A stretch of DNA of 64,000 nt from Alphaproteobacteria bacterium (lineage in GTDB: Bacteria > Pseudomonadota > Alphaproteobacteria > MPNO01 > UBA830), in assembly GCA_965221485.1 (NCBI GenBank), contig OZ244893.1, positions 1,861,410 through 1,925,409 on the forward strand, written 5' to 3'. Below are positions 30,820-40,701 of this stretch, in pieces. The translations under genes and the position numbers were made by a program. Numbering within the stretch: position 1 is the stretch's first letter; each line of letters starts with the position of its first letter. A model generated the notes under the pieces. It did no database searches. It had not been told where the DNA came from and saw nothing but the letters and a program-made list of their open reading frames with translations.

Positions 30820-31824
30820 ATGTTCATCAGAACGGCAATCGCAGGAATCACCCTGCTCACCCTGTCGAGCGCCGCCAACGCGGCGCCGCTCACACTAAAG
30901 ATGGCGTATTTCGGTGGGCCGAAGAATCCCACCTACGAACATGTGATGCTTCCATGGATCAAGGAAGTCGCCGCAGCATCAAACGGTGCGATGAAGATCG
31001 ACGCCTATCCCGGCGGTACACTCGGCAGAAACCCGCGGGTTCAGGTCAAGCTTGTGCTCGATGAAGTCACCGATCTGGGCTTTTTCGTGCCGTCCTATAC
31101 GCCAGGTCGATTTCCCGACAACGAGGTGATGGAACTGCCGGGGCTGTTCCGGAACAACCTCGAGTCCGGGGTTGCAATATGGCGGCTCTACGAGCAGGGC
31201 ATGCTGCGGGGCTACGACAAGTTCAAGGTGCTGATGCTGGTGACGACAGCGCCCTACACCATACACACCAAGACTCCGGTCAAAACACTCTCGGATCTCA
31301 AGGGCATGAAGATCCGGGCCGGTGGGCCGGTTGCAGGCGCTGCGATCCGGGCCATTGGCGCTATCCCCGTCGGCATGCCGATTCCCACCGTGGCGGAGAG
31401 CATCAGCAAGGGCATTCTTGCAGGAACGGCGTCAGACTGGAACGTGCTCTATGCGTTCCGCATCGTCGATATCGCCAAACACCACTATATGGGCGTGCTT
31501 GGCACGGTGCCCATCGGCGTGATCATGAGCAAGAAGCGCTGGGATGCACTGCCTGATTCCGCAAGGGCCGCGTTCAACACCGTCAGCGGTGAGATGCTCT
31601 CACGCCGCAATGGCAAGACCAATATAAAAATACAGGCCATGCTCGAGGAAAAGACCCGAAAGGACAAGAGCCACGTCTTCGTCGATCTCGATGCGGAAGC
31701 CAGGCAGAAATGGGAAACGGTGCTGCAGCCGGTCATTACCAATTGGGTAAACAAGCATCCGAAGGGGAAGGAGTTGCTCGCAGCGGTGAAGAAGGAAGTC
31801 GCGGCTGTACGTGCCGGGCAATAG
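30820..31824 (+). CDS. TRAP transporter substrate-binding protein (DctP family)
   Basis: ORF 30793..31824 trimmed to MFIRTAIAG preceded by GGAGGAAAA. Signal peptide. DctP-family fold. Confidence 0.9.
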   Translation: MFIRTAIAGITLLTLSSAANAAPLTLKMAYFGGPKNPTYEHVMLPWIKEVAAASNGAMKIDAYPGGTLGRNPRVQVKLVLDEVTDLGFFVPSYTPGRFPDNEVMELPGLFRNNLESGVAIWRLYEQGMLRGYDKFKVLMLVTTAPYTIHTKTPVKTLSDLKGMKIRAGGPVAGAAIRAIGAIPVGMPIPTVAESISKGILAGTASDWNVLYAFRIVDIAKHHYMGVLGTVPIGVIMSKKRWDALPDSARAAFNTVSGEMLSRRNGKTNIKIQAMLEEKTRKDKSHVFVDLDAEARQKWETVLQPVITNWVNKHPKGKELLAAVKKEVAAVRAGQ

Positions 31825-31842
31825 CGCGAATCGGTTCGCGGC

Positions 31843-32373
31843 GTGGCGGCCGGTCACGATCGTAACGAGGGCCTGGGTACACGCTGGCTGGCCCTGATCG
31901 GGCTGGTCGGGCTGGTGGTGGTCGCATTGGTCACCATCGGCGATGTACTGCTCCGCTGGTTGTTTGACAGTCCCGTCGACGGGGTTGGCGAAATCAGCCG
32001 TCTCGTCGTCGCAGTTTCAATTGCGGCCTTTTTTCCGATGGCGCTCGCCGACCGCCATCACATCTCGATCGAGTTTCTGGGCGCCTGGCTGGGACCGCGC
32101 GCCCGATTGTGGATCGACTCCCTCGCCCACATGGTGACTTCGCTGTTTTTCATGCTGGTCGGATGGCAGTTCATTCTCTATACGATTGAAGTCGAGGATA
32201 GCGGGGAGACAACCTGGCTCCTCGGTTGGGATGTGGGGCCGTGGTGGATCGCGACGACGATCTTCATGCTGATCTGCATTCCGATCCAGATTCTGGTTTT
32301 CTACCGGCAGATCGGCCTGGCCTTGCGTGCTGATATCCAGCCGAGGACCGGCGGCGACAGCGCGGGATACTGA
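31843..32373 (+). CDS. TRAP transporter small permease (DctQ family)
   Basis: 176 aa, 4 TM segments, GTG start, between dctP and dctM. Confidence 0.8.
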   Translation: MAAGHDRNEGLGTRWLALIGLVGLVVVALVTIGDVLLRWLFDSPVDGVGEISRLVVAVSIAAFFPMALADRHHISIEFLGAWLGPRARLWIDSLAHMVTSLFFMLVGWQFILYTIEVEDSGETTWLLGWDVGPWWIATTIFMLICIPIQILVFYRQIGLALRADIQPRTGGDSAGY

Positions 32374-32379
32374 CGGCCA

Positions 32380-33699
32380 ATGGATCCGATCCTTGTTGCC
32401 TCGCTGGGCATGGTGGGAATGTTTGTTCTTATCCTGCTGCACATTCCCATTGGCATATCAATGGCCCTGGCCGGCTTTGTCGGCTTCGGCATTCTCAGCG
32501 GCTTTGGTCCGGCGGTAACGCTGTTCGCGACCGAGCCCGTGGGAGTCATTTCCAACCTCGAACTGGCGGTGATACCGCTGTTTCTGATGATGGGAAGCTT
32601 TGCCGGCGTCAGCGGCTTGTCCGCGGATATCTACCATCTGGCCTATGCACTGGTGGGACATCGGCGGGGCGGGCTGGCGCTGGCCACGATCGGTGGATGT
32701 GCGGGATTTGGAGCGGTGTGCGGATCGTCCATCGCAACAGCCGCCACGATGGGCCGTGTGGCCCTCCCGGAGATGATACAACGCAACTATGCGCCAACCC
32801 TTGCAAGCGGTTGCGTTGCTGCGGGTGGCACCCTCGGAATGCTGATCCCGCCCTCGGTGATCATGGTTATCTACGCATTTCTCGCCGAAAAATTTGTCAT
32901 CACCCTGTTTGTCGCAGCCATCATTCCCGGTCTGATCGCAGTCGCTTTTCACTTCATTGCGATTGGAATCGTTGTGCGGATCAATCCGGAAGCCGGCCCT
33001 GCGGGCGAGCGAATGAGCTGGTCCGAGCGCCTCCAGGTGGCTCGCAAGAGCTGGGGTGTGATGGTGCTCATGTTCGCGGTGATCGGTGGAATTTACGGCG
33101 GCGTCTTCACCGTCGCAGAAGCTGCTGCCCTGGGAGCCGGACTGGCTTTCCTGTTCACGGTCGGCCGCGGCAAGCTGACGGCCGAGAATTTCTGGCTCGT
33201 GCTGCGGGAAACTGCCTCCAATACGGCGATGATCTACCTGATCATCGCCGGGGCATCGATCTTCACCTACTTCATCTCGACGACACGGATGCCTGACGCT
33301 CTGGTCTCTGCAATCACCACACTGGATCCGCCGCCGCTCCTCGTCATTGCGATCCTGATGATCGCTTTCCTCATCCTCGGCAGCATCTTCGACACCATTG
33401 CCGCCATGGTCATCACCATGCCGTTCGTCTATCCGCTCGTCGTAGGCCTCGGCTTCGATCCAATCTGGTGGGGCATCGTGCTCGTCATGGTCATCGAAAT
33501 CGGCATGATCACGCCGCCGATTGGCCTGAATGTTTTTGTTCTCTACGGCGTGGCGCGGACGATACCGCTGAAAACCATATTCGCCGGTATCGTTCCCTTC
33601 CTCATCGCCGATCTGACCCGCTTGACCATCATCATCCTGTTCCCGGCCCTTGCCCTGTGGCTCCCGGTCGCGATGGGTCTCAAAATCGGTGGAGATTAG
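32380..33699 (+). CDS. TRAP transporter large permease (DctM family)
   Basis: 439 aa, conserved GHRRGGLALATIGGCAGFGAVCGSS and PPIGLNVFV blocks. Confidence 0.9.
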   Translation: MDPILVASLGMVGMFVLILLHIPIGISMALAGFVGFGILSGFGPAVTLFATEPVGVISNLELAVIPLFLMMGSFAGVSGLSADIYHLAYALVGHRRGGLALATIGGCAGFGAVCGSSIATAATMGRVALPEMIQRNYAPTLASGCVAAGGTLGMLIPPSVIMVIYAFLAEKFVITLFVAAIIPGLIAVAFHFIAIGIVVRINPEAGPAGERMSWSERLQVARKSWGVMVLMFAVIGGIYGGVFTVAEAAALGAGLAFLFTVGRGKLTAENFWLVLRETASNTAMIYLIIAGASIFTYFISTTRMPDALVSAITTLDPPPLLVIAILMIAFLILGSIFDTIAAMVITMPFVYPLVVGLGFDPIWWGIVLVMVIEIGMITPPIGLNVFVLYGVARTIPLKTIFAGIVPFLIADLTRLTIIILFPALALWLPVAMGLKIGGD

Positions 33700-35621
33700 C
33701 CTGGATCGACAGCCATCATCCGTGCATCCAGCACCTCAACACCGTCTCCCCCGTGCCTGACCATAACAGGATGCAGTACAATCTCGTACAGCCCCGGTGT
33801 CGCCCGCAATAATGCGCACACCTGCGCTGCTGTCTCGGCGAACGCAGCAATACCATCCGGCAACAAGGACCGTTTGCCGGCCAGGAGACTGACACATTCG
33901 AGAGATTGTACGGCCTCGGCAATCGTTTCAGGGGTCGCATCTGCCGGCAGGTAACAACTGCAGCCCGGTTGACCATCCATCGGTTCGCCAAAGCCCACCT
34001 TCAGCACCGGACCCCAGTCTGCATCTCGGTGAACCCGGATCGACATTGGTAGGGCACCGTCATGGGCCGCTGTCCCGCCGAGCCGAATTCCTGCTTCCGC
34101 CAGGACCATCGCCATCTCATTTCTGCTGATGCGGCCCGACTGTTTGATCCCGGCGGGCCGCGCCGGAACAGGGCTTCTCAACCGTTCCGCCTGCAGCAAC
34201 ATTTTGCCATGGGAGAGAACATGAGCCATCGCGCGCATGGCCCGTTCGGGCGAACCGAAAAAGGGAATGCCGGCGGCAGAAAGCATTGGTACAAGGTCGG
34301 GATGGGTCGGCTGATCGCCTCCCAGAAATGCGCACAGGACGGGCTTGCCGAACCCGGATTTTCCGGCCGCCACGAACTTCGCCTTTCGCAGGCCGTAATC
34401 AGCATTGCCCCCCACGACGGTCACCAAAAGAGCTCCGACAGCCGGATCGTCGAACATGGCTTTCATGGTCCTGGCATACAGGGAACTGTCGAAGATCGCC
34501 TGCGCGGTGAGGTCGACAGGATTCGAGGCTTCGACGAAATCAGGGAGAGCATCAGACAACGCCGCCAGGGTCTCGGGGCTCAGTGATGCCATCCGCATGC
34601 CCTGCGCTTCCCAGAAGTCGAGTGCAAATCCCTTGAAGGCACCGGACTCCGTAACAATTCCGAGATCTCCGCCCGGTGGCTGCGGATGGTGGGCAAGGAT
34701 GATGGATACGTCGATGAGTTCATCAATAGTCTCTACGAGAACAACATTCTCGTCCTTGACAAGAGCTTCCATGATCGCGAATTCGCCGGGACGGGCTCCG
34801 GTGTGGGTGACAGCGGCGCGGCGGGCAGCATCGCCCCGGCTGAGGTGCAGCAAAACCATTGGCTTGCCGACACGGCGGGCAGCAGCCGCGTGGCGGAGGA
34901 AATCAGCCGGCCGACGGATTTGCTCCACGAGCATGACAATCACGCCGGTCTGCGAATCCTCGATCAGAAACGGCAGATAGTCTTCCACCCCGACAACCGC
35001 CTCGTTTCCTGTGGTCACCGAATAGGTGAACCCGATCCCGGCCGAGACCGCAGCCCTGCGCAGAACCGACGCCATCCCGCCCGATTGGACAACGATGCCG
35101 ATCCCGAGACTCGCTGGCCCTGTCACCCGCTGCATCTGCGCAAACGTAATCGCCACTCCGTCAACCGCATTGGTGAACCCCAGGCAGTTCGGGCCGGCAA
35201 AGGCAATGTCGTGGTCCCGGCACAATGCCGCAATACGATCCTGGGTCTTCTGGCCCTCTCCGCCGATTTCAGCGAAACCCGAGGCAAAGCACATGATTGA
35301 CGCCACCTCGCGCCGGGCCAGGGCTGCGACCGTGTTTTCGATCGCCGGGCCGGGCAGCGTCAGGATCGCGCAATCGATTCCCGTCGGCAGGTCGTCAGCC
35401 GACGCGAGACAGCGACGGCCCTCGATTTCGCGGGCGTTGCGGCTGACGAGATAGATCTCTCCCGAATAGCCGCTCACCCCCAGATTGGTGAGGACCTGCC
35501 GCCCCGCCGTGTTCTCCCGCTCCGAGACCCCGACGATAGCAACCGAACGCGGATTGAGAAGACGCGCGACCCGTGATCGCGAGATCACACGGGCGAGGGC
35601 GTTCTCACGCTTCGCTGTCAC
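33696..35621 (-). CDS. ADP-forming acyl-CoA synthetase (acetate--CoA ligase family, fused alpha/beta); FerA-like candidate hydroxycinnamoyl-CoA synthetase
   Basis: 641 aa. N-terminal CoA-binding domain (SVAIVGVS...GPNCLG) plus ATP-grasp/ligase-CoA domains typical of NDP-forming acyl-CoA synthetases. Start overlaps upstream ech by 17 nt. Confidence 0.8.
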   Translation of the reverse strand: MTAKRENALARVISRSRVARLLNPRSVAIVGVSERENTAGRQVLTNLGVSGYSGEIYLVSRNAREIEGRRCLASADDLPTGIDCAILTLPGPAIENTVAALARREVASIMCFASGFAEIGGEGQKTQDRIAALCRDHDIAFAGPNCLGFTNAVDGVAITFAQMQRVTGPASLGIGIVVQSGGMASVLRRAAVSAGIGFTYSVTTGNEAVVGVEDYLPFLIEDSQTGVIVMLVEQIRRPADFLRHAAAARRVGKPMVLLHLSRGDAARRAAVTHTGARPGEFAIMEALVKDENVVLVETIDELIDVSIILAHHPQPPGGDLGIVTESGAFKGFALDFWEAQGMRMASLSPETLAALSDALPDFVEASNPVDLTAQAIFDSSLYARTMKAMFDDPAVGALLVTVVGGNADYGLRKAKFVAAGKSGFGKPVLCAFLGGDQPTHPDLVPMLSAAGIPFFGSPERAMRAMAHVLSHGKMLLQAERLRSPVPARPAGIKQSGRISRNEMAMVLAEAGIRLGGTAAHDGALPMSIRVHRDADWGPVLKVGFGEPMDGQPGCSCYLPADATPETIAEAVQSLECVSLLAGKRSLLPDGIAAFAETAAQVCALLRATPGLYEIVLHPVMVRHGGDGVEVLDARMMAVDPG

Positions 35622-36465
35622 GGTTGAACGCGCTCAATCCTGGCCGAAACTCCTTCCGATCAAGAAAACTGTCCATCGCGCGCTCCCGAATCCGCTCGCC
35701 ATCCACCAGCCTGAGCTGGGCTCCCTTTGCGGCGATAAATTGTGCAGACGTATCCCAGTCCATCAGATGAGAGTACTTGAACGTGACCTTGGCCGCGTTG
35801 AGGACGGCCGGACCCTTCTCCATCAGTGTCCGGGCCAGAGCACGGGTCCGGTCGCGCAGCTGATCAGCGGGAAATGCCTTGTTCACCACACCCATCTGCG
35901 CCGCCTCGATTCCATTGAAGGTTTCGCCGGTCATGATGTAGTAGAGGGCATCTCGCGAGCCCATAAGTTCCTCAAGCGCCTTGGTTACGACCCCGCCCGG
36001 AATGATGCCCCAGTTCACCTCCGATACCCCGAACTGCGCCTCTTCCGCGGCCAGAGCGAGATCGCAGGAGCAGAGCGGCGTGAAGCCGCCGCCGAAACAC
36101 CAGCCATTGACCATGGCGATGGTCGGCTTCGGATAGGTGCGCAGCTTGCGCCACTGCCAGATTTCGGCGGAGCGGCGCTGACGCACCTGTTCTTCGGGAG
36201 TCTCGGAATCTACAGCACGGAAAAACTCGCGCAAGTCCATGCCCGCGGTCCACGAATCCCCTGCACCGGTGAGCACAACGATCTTGCAACGGTCGTCATA
36301 TTCCAGCGCATCCAGAATCTCGCACATATCGTCATTCAGTACCGGGTTCATCGCATTGCGTTTTTCCGGACGATTCATGGTGATCCATGAAATGCCATCT
36401 TCAAAATCGACAAAAACGGTGTTTCCGCCCGCCACAAGCCTGTCGCCACTGTCTGTTGGAGCCAT
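35605..36465 (-). CDS. ech: hydroxycinnamoyl-CoA (feruloyl-CoA) hydratase/lyase, crotonase superfamily (HCHL/Ech)
   Basis: 286 aa. NRPEKRNAM, TGAG..WTAGMDL, TIAMVNGWCFGGGF, YYIMTG and C-terminal PGLSAF closely follow the Pseudomonas HCHL sequence pattern; recalled from memory, not searched. Confidence 0.8.
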   Translation of the reverse strand: MAPTDSGDRLVAGGNTVFVDFEDGISWITMNRPEKRNAMNPVLNDDMCEILDALEYDDRCKIVVLTGAGDSWTAGMDLREFFRAVDSETPEEQVRQRRSAEIWQWRKLRTYPKPTIAMVNGWCFGGGFTPLCSCDLALAAEEAQFGVSEVNWGIIPGGVVTKALEELMGSRDALYYIMTGETFNGIEAAQMGVVNKAFPADQLRDRTRALARTLMEKGPAVLNAAKVTFKYSHLMDWDTSAQFIAAKGAQLRLVDGERIRERAMDSFLDRKEFRPGLSAFNRDSEA

Positions 36466-36785
36466 ACTTCATCCCTTCCTTTCCGGATTTTCACTATTGG
36501 ATATCAGGCAAGGCTGCCGTTTCCGATCAAGGCGCGACCGCATATGGAAGCCCTGGAATTTTTCGAATGCAGGACGGGTCTCGGCGCAATTCCCCGCTTC
36601 CTCCCCGGCAATCGAGCCTCGAACGGATGCCTTCCCTCCGGCTCCGCGCGGTCCGAACCGGAAGGCAGTCGCATCCCAGGCATACCGTGGCACCAGGGAC
36701 CCGCTCTCAATGACCGAACGGCTGCATCGGCTCAACATCACTGCTGCGCCCGATTTGCAGACCCGGGGGACCCGGTCGCATGGAC

Positions 36786-36833
36786 TTGATTCCTTATATG
36801 TTATAATTGTTTATGGATGTAACAGGTTTTCCA
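36786..36833. promoter_or_regulatory. AT-rich putative promoter/operator between ech and marR
   Basis: Isolated AT-rich stretch ttgattccttatatgttataattgtttatggatgtaac containing a TATAAT hexamer and the near-palindrome TTATATGTTATAA, in a 62% GC genome, immediately upstream of the MarR gene and divergent from ech. Confidence 0.3.
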
Positions 36834-36837
36834 GCGA

Positions 36838-37359
36838 ATGTCATGTAGACACAGTGTCATGGTACAGGGAACGAGGGAAGACGCGCCCCGGAACAGCGGA
36901 GACGCCAAAGTCGGCGAGGACGAAACTTCACAGTCTGTGCTTGAGAGCCTTGCGGGATACAATCTCAAGCGGGCCTACAGGGTTGTTCAGGACAATTTTC
37001 GCGCGGCATGGGGCAAACATGAACTGACAACTCGCATGTTTCATACCCTGGCTCTGGTGGTGGAGAACCCGAACATCACGCAAAGCGAGATTTCCCGTAT
37101 CCTTCAGATCAAACGGTCTGGCCTCGTAGCCATCATTGATCATCTCGAAGAACGTCAGCTGCTGAGACGAAACGGTGTCGCCGGGGACCGTCGCGTTTAC
37201 GCATTGACGCCGACACCGGCGGGTCTCAGACACTTCAGGGATGCCTTGCAGCTGGTCCGGCACCATGAAAAACACCTGTTGTCTTCGCTGTCCAGGGGCG
37301 AACAGGCACAACTTCTCGTTCTGCTGCAAAAGATTCGCCCACGCAAGACGGGCGGTTGA
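36838..37359 (+). CDS. MarR-family transcriptional regulator (FerC-like position)
   Basis: 173 aa. wHTH core ITQSEISRILQIKRSGLVAIIDHLEERQLLRR..DRRVYALTPT typical of MarR. Alternative start 36859. Confidence 0.8.
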   Translation: MSCRHSVMVQGTREDAPRNSGDAKVGEDETSQSVLESLAGYNLKRAYRVVQDNFRAAWGKHELTTRMFHTLALVVENPNITQSEISRILQIKRSGLVAIIDHLEERQLLRRNGVAGDRRVYALTPTPAGLRHFRDALQLVRHHEKHLLSSLSRGEQAQLLVLLQKIRPRKTGG

Positions 37360-39155
37360 GGGGTAAAGTGAACCAGACCGAAACAGCCGAAGCCGCCCGC
37401 TTCTGGTCGCCTGACTTCGTTTATGACCATCGCCCGGATGGTGCGGTCCTCATGCGCCAGGCCAGGGATCTGCCGCCCTATCCCCCTGTACTTGCCGATT
37501 TCATCGACAGATGGGCGGAAGACGCTCCCGATCGGGCTTGGATCCGACGCCGGACGGAAGACGGCGAATGGCGAGGCTTCAGTTATGGTGAAGCAAGGGC
37601 CATGGCCCGGTCAATCGGAGCCGGGCTTCTCTCATTGGGCCTGGGCCCCGAGAGGCCGCTCCTGGTGCTGTCCGGAAACAGTCTGGAACACGCGCTGTTG
37701 AGCATTGCCTGCGCCTATGTCGGTGTTCCTTATTCACCGGTCTCACCTGCCTATTCACTTCTTTCTAAAGACCATTCCAAACTCAGAAACATCGTACAGA
37801 CGCTCAATCCGGGTGCCGTCTTTGCCGAAGACGGGATGGCCTTTGGCCCAGCGCTCGCAACCATCTCGAAAACGGAACAAATGGTCATCGGCCTCCATGA
37901 TGCGCCTCCCGATGCCGTTCCGTTCGAAACCCTGACCGGGTTCGACCCGACACCCGCCGACGAAGCCCGGGCAACCCTGACCCCGCACACCGTGGTCAAA
38001 TATCTGTTCACCTCCGGCTCCACAGGATCGCCCAAGGCGGTGATCAATACCAATCGCATGATCTGTGCCATGCATGCCATGGTTCGCGACTGTTACCGTT
38101 TCCTGTATTGGCAACCCCCGATCGTTCTGGACTGGGCCCCGTGGAACCACACGGCCGGCGGCAACAAGGTTTTCTATATGGTCCTGACCAATGGCGGCAC
38201 CTTTTACATCGACGATGGCCGCCCCATACACGGCAAGTTTGACGAAACGTTGCGTAATCTGCGCGAGATCGCCTGTACCTGGTATTTCAATGTCCCGATC
38301 GGATGGGACATGCTGGTTGAGGAACTCGAAAAGGACCCGGCTCTGACACAGACATTCTTCAGCAAACTGAACATGCTCTTCTACGCTGGCGCCGGGCTCT
38401 CGCAATTGACATGGGACCGGCTGTCAGCCATCGGAAAACAGGTCACCGGTCGCGATACCCTTATTGCTACGGGGCTCGGATCCACTGAAACCGCGCCGTT
38501 TGCCCTTTGCTGCACGGAGCACCAGGACAAGGCTGGCAATGTCGGTGTGCCGGCGGCGGGGCTGACGATGAAGCTGGTCCCTTCCGGCGGAAAGCTTGAA
38601 GTCCGTCTGAAGGGACCAAGTATAACCCCGGGCTATCACGGTGACCCCGAGACCACGGCCCAGGCCTTCGACAGCGAGGGCTTCTACAGAATGGGTGACG
38701 CCGTGCGGCCAGCGGACCCTGAAGATTTTTCAAAGGGATTCTTTTTCGACGGCCGCGTTGCCGAAAATTTCAAGCTCAGCACTGGCACCTGGGTGGCCGT
38801 CGGCGCCGTGCGGTCGTCACTGGTCGATTCCATGGGCGGACTCGTTCGGGATGCCGTCATCGTGGGTGAGAATGAACCGGAACTGGGAGCCCTGCTGCTT
38901 CTGTCGCCGGCCGCAGAAGCCATGGACCCCGTATCGTTACGCGCCGCCCTCGCAGACCATATTAAGTCCGCCGCCAGGGAGGCAACCGGGTCGGCGGCAC
39001 GCGTTCGCCGGGCGGTCGTGCTTCCCCGCGCTCCCGACTTCGACCGCGGCGAGATTACCGAAAAGGGCAGCCTGAACCAACGGGCGTTGCGGGCGGGCTG
39101 CGCTGACCTGATCGCTGCGCTTTATGCAGGCGGTGAAGACATCATCGCTGTTTGA
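37356..39155 (+). CDS. fcs: AMP-dependent synthetase/ligase, feruloyl-CoA synthase (Fcs)-like
   Basis: 599 aa. AMP-binding motif TSGSTGSPK and ~600-aa architecture typical of Fcs-type hydroxycinnamate CoA ligases. TTG start overlapping marR TGA; a GTG at 37368 with GAGGGG RBS is an alternative start. The Fcs assignment rests on family and context, not experiment. Confidence 0.75.
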   Translation: MRGKVNQTETAEAARFWSPDFVYDHRPDGAVLMRQARDLPPYPPVLADFIDRWAEDAPDRAWIRRRTEDGEWRGFSYGEARAMARSIGAGLLSLGLGPERPLLVLSGNSLEHALLSIACAYVGVPYSPVSPAYSLLSKDHSKLRNIVQTLNPGAVFAEDGMAFGPALATISKTEQMVIGLHDAPPDAVPFETLTGFDPTPADEARATLTPHTVVKYLFTSGSTGSPKAVINTNRMICAMHAMVRDCYRFLYWQPPIVLDWAPWNHTAGGNKVFYMVLTNGGTFYIDDGRPIHGKFDETLRNLREIACTWYFNVPIGWDMLVEELEKDPALTQTFFSKLNMLFYAGAGLSQLTWDRLSAIGKQVTGRDTLIATGLGSTETAPFALCCTEHQDKAGNVGVPAAGLTMKLVPSGGKLEVRLKGPSITPGYHGDPETTAQAFDSEGFYRMGDAVRPADPEDFSKGFFFDGRVAENFKLSTGTWVAVGAVRSSLVDSMGGLVRDAVIVGENEPELGALLLLSPAAEAMDPVSLRAALADHIKSAAREATGSAARVRRAVVLPRAPDFDRGEITEKGSLNQRALRAGCADLIAALYAGGEDIIAV

Positions 39156-39185
39156 CCTGCGGTAACCATCACAGCACGTCGGGTT

Positions 39186-39971
39186 CTACTTGCGGAAATC
39201 GGGAGCTCTTTTTTCCAGAAATGCTGTAAGGCCTTCCATAGCTGCTGCTGTGGTTTGCGACATCGCAGCAGACAGGCTTTCCGTAAACAACCCGTCGGAG
39301 CGGGACATGTCGCCAATCCTGCCGATCGCCTGAAGCATCAGGTAGTTTGAGAACGGAGCATTGTCGGCAATCCTTTCCGCGAGCTTCATCGCGAGCGGAA
39401 GCGCCTCACCCTCCGGAACCGAGTAATGGGCCAGACCGAGTGCCAGACCCTCGTCGGCGCTGTAGTTTCGACCTGTCAGCATCATTTCGCGCATTCTGTC
39501 CGCGCCCAGTATGCGGCCGACGCGAACTGTCGCCCCACCGCCGACAAAGATGCCGCGGCGCCCTTCTGGCAGTTGAAACCGGACAGACGGTTCGGCAATG
39601 CGGACGTGAGTCGACGCGGCTATTTCGAGACCGCCGCCAATCACTGCGCCCGTCATCGCCGACAGCACCGGCAGACCACCATATTCGATCAGATCGGCGA
39701 CCCTGTGCCAGTTTCGCGAATGGTAGACGGCCTCTTCCGGCAAGCGATGCACATGTTCTGAAAGATCCAGACCGGAACAGTAGTTCCCTCCTGCACCGGT
39801 CATGACAACCGCACGGACGTTTTCAGGGGGATCCGAAAAAAAATTGTCGAGATCCGCAATCAGGGCGTCGTTCATCGCATTTCGTTTTTCAGGACGATCG
39901 AAAACGATTACGGCAATGTGGCCGTGAATCTCTGTGCGTGTCGGCTTTCGCCCGGATTGTGCGTCGGTCAT
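39186..39971 (-). CDS. enoyl-CoA hydratase/isomerase family protein
   Basis: ORF 39186..40136 trimmed to MTDAQSG preceded by GGGAG, giving 261 aa. FDRPEKRNAMN, MTGAGGNYCSGLDL, GAVIGGGLE crotonase motifs. Confidence 0.8.
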   Translation of the reverse strand: MTDAQSGRKPTRTEIHGHIAVIVFDRPEKRNAMNDALIADLDNFFSDPPENVRAVVMTGAGGNYCSGLDLSEHVHRLPEEAVYHSRNWHRVADLIEYGGLPVLSAMTGAVIGGGLEIAASTHVRIAEPSVRFQLPEGRRGIFVGGGATVRVGRILGADRMREMMLTGRNYSADEGLALGLAHYSVPEGEALPLAMKLAERIADNAPFSNYLMLQAIGRIGDMSRSDGLFTESLSAAMSQTTAAAMEGLTAFLEKRAPDFRK

Positions 39972-40701
39972 GGCTTCTGGCTCCCTGGGAGCACCGTTAT
40001 TGTCGATTTCCATTAGTTTCACAAGATTACTGTAAATGGTTGCAGCTATTGCAATTCCGGATACTTGAGGATTAGCGGAAGCAAGACGGCAGGAGCTGGT
40101 GTTGTAACGGGTCCGATTTGACAGCCCGTCCTCCATAAGCCCGCCTCCAGGCAGGCAGCTGGTATGTCATATGTCGCGAACATGGCGCATGAGCAAACGG
40201 CCGTGTTCGGTGGCCCCGTCCGATGCATTCAGAAGCCTGCTGTCAGGGACTATACAAAACAGGACCGAAAAGAGACTGCACGGGTATCGGCATCTCTGAC
40301 CGGATTGCAGGGTCGTCAGTCTCCGGACCCGGCCCCTGGCAGCAAACAGAACTTTGTTCACACATGGAGGTTTCGGAAGGCGGATCCGACTTCGCTGCTG
40401 GTCAAGAATGAGGAAACTCCGACCGGTGGCGGCTCTTCCTCGCATCTCATGTACGGCATGCACGGCTTCGGGTAGCGGTAAGATCATGCCTGCACCGCAG
40501 CGCTCAACAACGAGCATTACCTCCTCCGCCTCGCAACAGGAAACTTTGGGCAAACGCTGCTCGAGGGCGGCCTGAACCCGGTGCTGTCGGTCGTAGAGAT
40601 GACACCGGAACATCAATATCGCTCACCGCAATGTGAGCGACAGTAACGATAACGCGTGACGGTGTTCGACCGAGAGCGGAGCTGTTGAGCCGTTTCCGGG
40701 C

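Noticed and set aside
35485-36390. 301-aa plus-strand ORF
   Set aside because: Antisense to the well-supported HCHL/ech gene.
40167-40616. 149-aa minus-strand ORF in the 565-bp gap between the crotonase and dctM
   Set aside because: No RBS, no recognisable domain, Cys/Arg-rich composition. Kept only as a possible small gene to test, not annotated.
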